Shown: piece by piece, positions 58,159 through 64,000 of the stretch | Layout of the letters: every line of letters begins with the position of its first letter | Position numbering within the stretch: position 1 is the first letter of the stretch | Position numbers and translations under genes: made by a program | The notes under the pieces: model-generated | Seen by the model: only the letters and a program-made list of their open reading frames with translations | Database searches by the model: none | What the model was told of the DNA's origin: nothing | Assembly (NCBI GenBank): GCA_017616435.1 | Contig: JAFZYC010000050.1 | Coordinates: 10,514-74,513 of the forward strand | Length of the DNA: 64,000 nucleotides | Source: Clostridia bacterium | GTDB taxonomy: Bacteria > Bacillota > Clostridia > Christensenellales > CAG-138 | Direction: 5' to 3'

Positions 58159-59733
58159 TCAGTCCACCTTGGGACCTGCGTCGATTATGTTCTGCGGCAT
58201 GTTGCCGTACTTCTTGAAGTTGTTTATGAACAGCTGCGCGAGCTCCTTCGCCTGCTTGTCGTAGGCCTCCTTGTCGGCCCACATCTCGCGGGGGTCGAGT
58301 ACCTCGTCGGGCACATTGGGGCAGGTCTTGGGGACCAGCACGTTGAATATGGGATGGCGTACATACTCGACGTCGTTGAGAGCGCCCGTGAGCGCCGCGG
58401 TGACCATCGCGCGGGTGTACTTGATCTTCATGCGGGAACCCACGCCATAGGGGCCGCCGGACCAGCCGGTGTTGATGAGGAACGCGTTGGCGTCGTGCTC
58501 ATCCATCCTCTTGCCGAGCATCTCGGCGTAGATGGAGGGGTGCTTGATGAAGAACGGAGCGCCGAACAGCGTGGAGAACGTGGCCTGAGGCTCCTTGACG
58601 CCGCGCTCGGTGCCCGCGAGCTTCGCGGTATAGCCCGTTACGAAGTGGTACATGGCCATGTTCTTATCGAGCTTCGCGATGGGGGGCAGCACGCCGAACG
58701 CGTCCGCGGTGAGGAATATGACCGTCTTGGGATGGCCGCCCACGCCGGGGATGACGCAGTTGGGGATGTATTCGACCGGGTACGCGACGCGGGTGTTCTC
58801 CGTGATGGAGCCGTCGTTGTAATCGAGCACGCGGGTCTCCTCGTCCATTATAACGTTTTCCACGAGCGAGCCGAACCTTATGGCCTCCCAGATCTGGGGC
58901 TCGTTCTCATGGGAGAGGTTGATGCACTTCGCGTAGCAGCCGCCCTCGAAATTGAACACGCCGTCGTTTGACCAGCCGTGCTCGTCGTCGCCGATGAGGA
59001 AGCGGTTGGGATCAGCGGAAAGGGTGGTCTTGCCCGTGCCGGAAAGGCCGAAGAACAGGGCGGTATCGCCCTCGGCGCCCATGTTGGCGGAGCAGTGCAT
59101 GGGGAACACGCCGCGCTCGGGCATGAGGAAGTTCATAACGGAGAACATGCCCTTCTTGATCTCGCCGGAGTACATGGAGCAGGCGATGGTCACACGGCGA
59201 TACTCGAAATCGAGTATTATCGCGGCCTCGGAATTGGTCCCGTCGCGCTCGGGTATGCACTTGAAGCCGGGGCAGCAGAGAACGGTGAACTCGGGCTTGA
59301 AATCGGCGAGCTGCTCCTTGGTGGGGCGAACGAACGCCTGCGTCGCAAAGAGCGCGGAAGCCGCGTTCTCGCAGACCACGCGGATGGGAAGGCTGTAGGC
59401 GGTGTCGGCGCCGACGAAGCAATCCACAATGAACGCCTCGCGATTCTGCATATAGGCGCACATCTTGCCGTAAATGGCATCGGCCTTCTGCCTTTCGATG
59501 GGCATATTGATCTTGCCCCAGTCGACCTTATCGTGCACATCGGGAGAATCCACGATAAAGCGGTCGTTGGGGGACCTGCCGGTGTACTTGCCGGTGTTGA
59601 TGACGAGCGCGCCGGTGTCGGCAAGCTTGCCTTCGCCGCGGGCAAGCGCCCTTTCGGTAAGCTCAGCGGGAGTAAGGTTGCGGTAGACTGCGGAAAGCTC
59701 CGTGATCCCCATTGCGTCAAGATAGTTCTTCAT
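58159..59733 (-). CDS. pckA: phosphoenolpyruvate carboxykinase (ATP)
   Basis: Motifs [12 protein letters not shown] and [11 protein letters not shown]. 524 aa. Confidence 0.96.
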   Translation of the reverse strand: MKNYLDAMGITELSAVYRNLTPAELTERALARGEGKLADTGALVINTGKYTGRSPNDRFIVDSPDVHDKVDWGKINMPIERQKADAIYGKMCAYMQNREAFIVDCFVGADTAYSLPIRVVCENAASALFATQAFVRPTKEQLADFKPEFTVLCCPGFKCIPERDGTNSEAAIILDFEYRRVTIACSMYSGEIKKGMFSVMNFLMPERGVFPMHCSANMGAEGDTALFFGLSGTGKTTLSADPNRFLIGDDEHGWSNDGVFNFEGGCYAKCINLSHENEPQIWEAIRFGSLVENVIMDEETRVLDYNDGSITENTRVAYPVEYIPNCVIPGVGGHPKTVIFLTADAFGVLPPIAKLDKNMAMYHFVTGYTAKLAGTERGVKEPQATFSTLFGAPFFIKHPSIYAEMLGKRMDEHDANAFLINTGWSGGPYGVGSRMKIKYTRAMVTAALTGALNDVEYVRHPIFNVLVPKTCPNVPDEVLDPREMWADKEAYDKQAKELAQLFINNFKKYGNMPQNIIDAGPKVD

Positions 59734-59848
59734 TTTTTGCTCCTTTTGAAAATGTATTTTCGTTAGGGTTTACTCTGTTTGGAAAATCAGGCGGCCGGGC
59801 GCGGACGAAGGGGACGCTCCTCCGCCGCACGGCGCTTGCCGCAAAAGC

Positions 59849-60709
59849 TTACTTGTGTATGAACAGCACGCCCAGCGTGTTCGGGCCGCAGTGGCTCGAA
59901 ACGGTGCAGGCGGCCTGCGTGATGAGGATCTCCTTGAAATAGTTCAGCTTGGAGACCTCCTTATACGCCGCGTCGATGTACTCCTGCATGCAGTGAGCGC
60001 TTGTGATGAATATCCTGTCGGGACGGATATCCTCGAGATTCGCGAGCCTGTCGTTGACATACTGCCTTATGACGCGGCCGTACTTGCCCTTGTACTTCTT
60101 GCCGACTCGCATGCCGCCGTCCACGACCTCGATGCAGGGTTTGAGCTGCAGAAGATTCGCGCCGAGCGCGGCGATCATCGTGCAGCGGCCGCCCTTGGCC
60201 ATGTACTTAAGGGTATCGAGCGTGAAGCTCGTGTCGACCTTGGGGATTATCTCCTCCTCGACGGTCTTCACGATCTCCTCTGCGGTCATGCCCCTCTTGG
60301 CCATCTCGCAGGCCTCGATGACGGACTGGCCTATGCCGGAGGAGAGATTCTTGGAATCGACGATGTAGACGCCCTCGATCTCCTGCGCGGCAAGGCTCGC
60401 GACGTTGTACGTGGTGGAAAAGCCCGAGGAGATCGTGAAATGGATGATCTCGCAGCCGGGGTTCTCCTCCTTGAGTTTCATAAGATAACCGGTGAAATCG
60501 TCGATGCTCTGCGCTGCGGTGGTGGGCAGCTCGCCCGTTTTGTCCACCAGATCGAAGAGCTCGTCAGATGTGAGGTCTACACCATCCATGTATTCCCTGC
60601 CGCCGATATTGATATAGAGCGGCAGTTTCGCGATGTTGTAGCGCTCGTACAGCTCGGGAGAAAGATCCGCGGTGCTGTCGCATGAAAACTTGATCATATT
60701 ATACCTCAA
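59849..60709 (-). CDS. DegV family (fatty-acid binding) protein
   Basis: 286 aa. N-terminus IKFSCDSTADL and an overall DegV pattern. Confidence 0.88.
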   Translation of the reverse strand: MRYNMIKFSCDSTADLSPELYERYNIAKLPLYINIGGREYMDGVDLTSDELFDLVDKTGELPTTAAQSIDDFTGYLMKLKEENPGCEIIHFTISSGFSTTYNVASLAAQEIEGVYIVDSKNLSSGIGQSVIEACEMAKRGMTAEEIVKTVEEEIIPKVDTSFTLDTLKYMAKGGRCTMIAALGANLLQLKPCIEVVDGGMRVGKKYKGKYGRVIRQYVNDRLANLEDIRPDRIFITSAHCMQEYIDAAYKEVSKLNYFKEILITQAACTVSSHCGPNTLGVLFIHK

Positions 60710-60850
60710 TAAAATAGAATGCGGCCGGCGGAAAGGGACCGGCGTCGTTCCGGGGACCTCTCCCAGGACAGCCCTCTTTCGCCACTTTTCATTTTAACAT
60801 GTTTATCAATGAATGTAAAGCATTTTAAGGCCGATTTCTGATTATACTAA

Positions 60851-60882
60851 AATAAGGCGATAATTTTTATTATCGCCTTATT
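60851..60882. terminator. intrinsic terminator after comB
   Basis: ataaggcgataat-ttt-attatcgccttat, with flanking A/T runs. Confidence 0.7.
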
Positions 60883-60896
60883 TATCGATAAGCCAA

Positions 60897-61622
60897 TCAG
60901 TTGAACTTCTGGATCACGCCGTCGCGGTAGATGGGAACGGTATCGGTGGTATCGGGAGTGAAGCAGAACTCGACGTCCTCGTCGAAGCCCATCGCGCAGA
61001 GGCGGGAATAGTGGAAGGTCTGCGCCATATCGAAGCTGCCTTCCTTCCAGTTTTTATAGAGCGTTTCGCAAAGTATCGCCATATCGGTCAGCTCTCCCGG
61101 CATCACGTCCGCGTACTGCCTCACGGCTTCGATGATCGCGCCGGCGGTGCAGAGGTCGTCCGCGGAGGGCATGCCCTCGGTCCCGGCGCAGACGATCAGT
61201 ATGTCGTTCCCGTCGCAGGCCGCGGCCTTTGCGGCCGCCGTGCGGTTTATCATGCCGGCAAGGAGGACCTTGTCCGCGCTCCTGACGCTGTACAGCGCGC
61301 CGGTGCCGTTCGTAGTGGAGATTATGACCGTCTTGTTCCTGACCTTGCGGGAGAGGTAATCCTCCGGAGAATTGCCAAGCTCAAAGCCCGCGATCTGCAC
61401 TCCGCCGCGCTCTCCGCCGAGCACGCACTCCCTAGCGCCGAGACGGGAGGCCAAAGCTACAGCGTCGCCCGCGTCGACCGTGGGAACGACCTTGATCGCG
61501 CCTCCGTTGAGCGCGCAGATAATGGACGTCGTCGCGCGGAGGACGTCGACCACGATAACTGTCGTGTCCTGAAGCTGGCTGTCAGTTTGTTTGCCGAATA
61601 CCGGCTGGACGTCGATCTTCAT
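60897..61622 (-). CDS. comB: 2-phosphosulfolactate phosphatase family protein
   Basis: Motifs VVDVLRATTSI and STTNGT are typical of the ComB family. Confidence 0.8.
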   Translation of the reverse strand: MKIDVQPVFGKQTDSQLQDTTVIVVDVLRATTSIICALNGGAIKVVPTVDAGDAVALASRLGARECVLGGERGGVQIAGFELGNSPEDYLSRKVRNKTVIISTTNGTGALYSVRSADKVLLAGMINRTAAAKAAACDGNDILIVCAGTEGMPSADDLCTAGAIIEAVRQYADVMPGELTDMAILCETLYKNWKEGSFDMAQTFHYSRLCAMGFDEDVEFCFTPDTTDTVPIYRDGVIQKFN

Positions 61623-61696
61623 TGGCTTTACCTCTGGATGGTCTTTGATTTTTCGTTATTATATCACAGTCTTTTCTTAAATGCAAATCGCCCGCC

Positions 61697-62209
61697 TTAC
61701 ATGAGCCTGACAAGCAGTATCCCGATCGCCGCTCCGACCGCTCCGCCTATAAGGGAAGCGGGGATCGCCTGGCGCGTCTTAGTCACGCCTACCGAGCCGA
61801 AATAGAGCGCGACCGTATAGAACACCGTCTCCGTCGAGCCCACGAGCACCGCCGCGGCCCGACCTATATAGCTGTCTGCGCCGTATTGGGCAAGCGTCTC
61901 CTTGAGCAGGGCAAGGGACGCGCTACCTGAAAACGGCCTGAGCACTATGAGCGGGATGAGCTCCGGAGCCAAGCCGATCCTTTGCGCCGCGGGCCTCAAC
62001 GCTCCGACGAGCGCCGTAAGCGCGCCGGAGCTTTTAAGCGCCTCCAGCGCGGTGAGCATCGCCGCAAGATAGGGCAGTACGGAAACGAGCTGCGGGAGGG
62101 CTTCCGCGGCGCCTGCCGCAAAAGCCTTGTAGATATTGACTTTTTTGATGAGCGCGTAAGCTAAGAGCGCGACGATCAGGAGCGGTATCGCGATCTCCGC
62201 GGCCCTCAT
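61697..62209 (-). CDS. spmB: spore maturation protein B
   Basis: Nucleoside-recognition-type membrane protein. The ATG at 62209 overlaps the spmA stop (ATGA). Confidence 0.82.
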   Translation of the reverse strand: MRAAEIAIPLLIVALLAYALIKKVNIYKAFAAGAAEALPQLVSVLPYLAAMLTALEALKSSGALTALVGALRPAAQRIGLAPELIPLIVLRPFSGSASLALLKETLAQYGADSYIGRAAAVLVGSTETVFYTVALYFGSVGVTKTRQAIPASLIGGAVGAAIGILLVRLM

Positions 62210-62766
62210 TTGATGAGCCTCCCGAGGAGCCTGCACGAAACGATCGAGGCTCCGGCTGCGGCTAAGGAGGCGACGAAAGTCGGTATCGCGATATCGTATG
62301 GCGCCGCGGAACCGCAGGCCGTGCGTATCGCGATGACTGCCGTCGGGAGAAGCTCTATCGCGGAGGAGTTGAGCGCGATGAACATTGCCATAGAATCGGA
62401 AGCCCTTCCGTCGCCGCGGTCAAGGCGGCGCATTGCCTCGAGCCCGAAAGGCGTCGCCGCGTTCCCGAGGCCGAAGAAGTTCGCCGCGAGGTTCAGCGTC
62501 ACAGGAGCTGCGGCCTCCGGAGCGTCCGGCATGAGCAGCGACAGCGGTTTTTTCATTATTCGCGCAAGCTTTTTCACGAGCCCCGCTTCATCCGCTATCC
62601 GCATAAGTCCCGACCACAGCAGGTAAGGCCCCGCAAGCGCGACCGTAAGCGATATCGCGCCGTCGCAGCCTCTCGTCAGCGCCTCGAGCGCGCCGGCGCC
62701 GTTGCCCTGCACAGAGAAGAACACGATCCCCACTGCCGTCATAAGCCCGAAAATCCATGCCATCAT
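62206..62766 (-). CDS. spmA: spore maturation protein A
   Basis: Membrane protein paired with spmB, with typical size and hydrophobicity. Confidence 0.82.
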   Translation of the reverse strand: MMAWIFGLMTAVGIVFFSVQGNGAGALEALTRGCDGAISLTVALAGPYLLWSGLMRIADEAGLVKKLARIMKKPLSLLMPDAPEAAAPVTLNLAANFFGLGNAATPFGLEAMRRLDRGDGRASDSMAMFIALNSSAIELLPTAVIAIRTACGSAAPYDIAIPTFVASLAAAGASIVSCRLLGRLIK

Positions 62767-62791
62767 GGCATGATACTATGCGCGTTTCCGC

Positions 62792-62821
62792 AAAAAAAGA
62801 AGAGGAGCGGCAACCGCTCCC
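62792..62821 (-). terminator. intrinsic terminator after rsmI
   Basis: Stem ggagcgg-caa-ccgctcc with a U-tract on the minus strand. Confidence 0.7.
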
Positions 62822-62837
62822 CGATCGTATCGAATAA

Positions 62838-63722
62838 TCACAGCGTCTCTTTTATCTCGTTCGCTCTGCTGTACGCCTCGCTCTTGGGGACGTCCAGCAG
62901 GAGCGCCGCCTGTTTCGCCGCGTCCTTCACGCTCATCCCGTCGCAAAGCAGTCTTTCGAGCATACCGTCAAGGCTCTCCGCGGGTGAAGCTTCTTCGCCG
63001 CCCTCTCCCGAGATCACGATCACGCATTCGCCCTTGGGCGGTTCGTCCTTGTACCTTTCCGCGAGCGTCGAAAGCGTACCTCTTACGGTCTCCTCATAGA
63101 GCTTCGTTATCTCCCTGACGAGCGCCGCGCGCCTGTCCCCGAGCACGGATAGAAGCTCCGCGAACGTCGCTCCGACCCTGTACGGGCTCTCATAAACGGC
63201 CACCGTCGCCCTGATCCGCTTAATTTCAGCTATAAGCTCCGTCCTTTCGCGGTTCTCCCGGGGGAGGAAACCCGCAAAATAGATCCTTCCCGTGGGCAGG
63301 CCGCTCATGATGGCCGCGGTAAGCCCCGCGGATGCGCCGGGAAGCACCTCGAACCTTATCCCGCGCTCGATGCACGCGCGCACCAGCCTTTCGCCGGGAT
63401 CGGCTATGCACGGCATGCCCGCGTCGGAGATGTACGCCACGGCCCTTCCACCGGCGACGAGTTCGGCAATGCGTTCCGCCGCGGCCTCCTCATTATGCGC
63501 ATGACAGCTTTCGAGCCTCTTTTTGATCCCGAGCCGCGAAAGCATAGACCCGGAATTTCGCGTATCCTCGCAGAATATCACGTCCGCTGCGGAAAGCGTG
63601 TTCCTCACGCGGTCGGTCATATCGCCCATGTTCCCGATAGGCGTCGCGCAAAGATAGAGACCGGGCTTTAATCGCTCGGTTTTTTCAGTTTTTTCAAAGG
63701 TTTTTTCGGTGTTCTCAGTCAT
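62838..63722 (-). CDS. rsmI: 16S rRNA (cytidine1402-2'-O)-methyltransferase
   Basis: LYLCATPIGNMGDMT plus tetrapyrrole-methylase-fold motifs. The ATG at 63722 gives an EKT-repeat N-extension. Confidence 0.9.
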   Translation of the reverse strand: MTENTEKTFEKTEKTERLKPGLYLCATPIGNMGDMTDRVRNTLSAADVIFCEDTRNSGSMLSRLGIKKRLESCHAHNEEAAAERIAELVAGGRAVAYISDAGMPCIADPGERLVRACIERGIRFEVLPGASAGLTAAIMSGLPTGRIYFAGFLPRENRERTELIAEIKRIRATVAVYESPYRVGATFAELLSVLGDRRAALVREITKLYEETVRGTLSTLAERYKDEPPKGECVIVISGEGGEEASPAESLDGMLERLLCDGMSVKDAAKQAALLLDVPKSEAYSRANEIKETL

Positions 63723-64000
63723 TTTTCCTGTGATAGATACGGTTCGCTTCTTCTGTATAGCTGCCGTCCTCACGGCAGATAACCAGCAGTTTTTCCATCT
63801 TAAGACCGGGATTCGCGCCCTTCTTCGCCTCTATCAGAGCGAGGTACGGCGCCTTATCCGCGCGCGAGGCGACAAGCCGCATGCGTTTGGGTTCGAGCCT
63901 TTCCGAAGTGAGCGCGGCGATGACCTCCGCGAGACGCGAAACCGGGCAGCACATGAAGAGCTTGCCGCCGTACTTCAAGAGCCTTCCCGCCGCGGCCGCG
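63715..64000 (-). CDS. SAM-dependent methyltransferase, tRNA(m6A37) TrmN6/YabB-like, C-terminal part only
   Basis: The frame is open to the window edge. The tail ...GGKLFMCCPVSRLAEVIAALTSERLEPKRMRLV... resembles the YabB family. It overlaps the rsmI start by 8 nt. Confidence 0.6.
   Translation of the reverse strand, partial: AAAAGRLLKYGGKLFMCCPVSRLAEVIAALTSERLEPKRMRLVASRADKAPYLALIEAKKGANPGLKMEKLLVICREDGSYTEEANRIYHRKND

Noticed and set aside
63660-63722. EKT/TEKT tandem repeat at the RsmI N-terminus
   Set aside because: It is a short low-complexity extension created by a T-rich, slippery DNA run. It may simply reflect start-codon choice, and no alternative start is obvious.

Overview
High-GC Firmicutes/Clostridia-type chromosome segment, probably a spore-forming Oscillospiraceae/Ruminococcaceae-like organism (spoIID and spmAB present, dockerin-bearing secreted proteins). 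It is mostly housekeeping genes on the minus strand. Recognisable blocks are: an ECF sigma/anti-sigma pair; galK; a complete 9-gene V/A-type ATPase operon (G-like-I-K-E-C-F-A-B-D); DUF1385-prmC-prfA-tsaC-rpiB-upp; murC; udk; spoIID; a MATE exporter; gltX; cca; recF-gyrB-gyrA; pckA; degV; comB; spmAB; rsmI. I saw no rRNA, tRNA, CRISPR array, transposase, integrase or known defence genes. Many long ORFs in the track are antisense artefacts of the high GC content. Most interesting: (1) a translationally coupled trio of an HPr-kinase-like P-loop protein, a PqqD-like RiPP recognition element and a cytoplasmic S24/S26-type peptidase (32072-33555), with no precursor peptide, cyclase or radical-SAM partner visible; (2) two tandem paralogues encoding signal peptide + CGPC thioredoxin-fold + 2 Listeria-Bacteroides repeats + dockerin, with homogenised promoter and 3' ends but a divergent, AT-richer core in copy 2; (3) a ~258 bp MITE-like element with 18-bp terminal inverted repeats, inserted in the loop of the copy-2 terminator; (4) a lower-GC islet between cca and gyrA with a DUF559 endonuclease bracketed by composite hairpin repeats plus an orphan all-alpha protein; (5) the same repeat family beside an extra small gene at the prmC-prfA junction; (6) two-copy direct repeats flanking structured non-coding inserts inside the V-ATPase operon and upstream of murC. 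All functional calls rest on motif recognition by eye. No database search was run.
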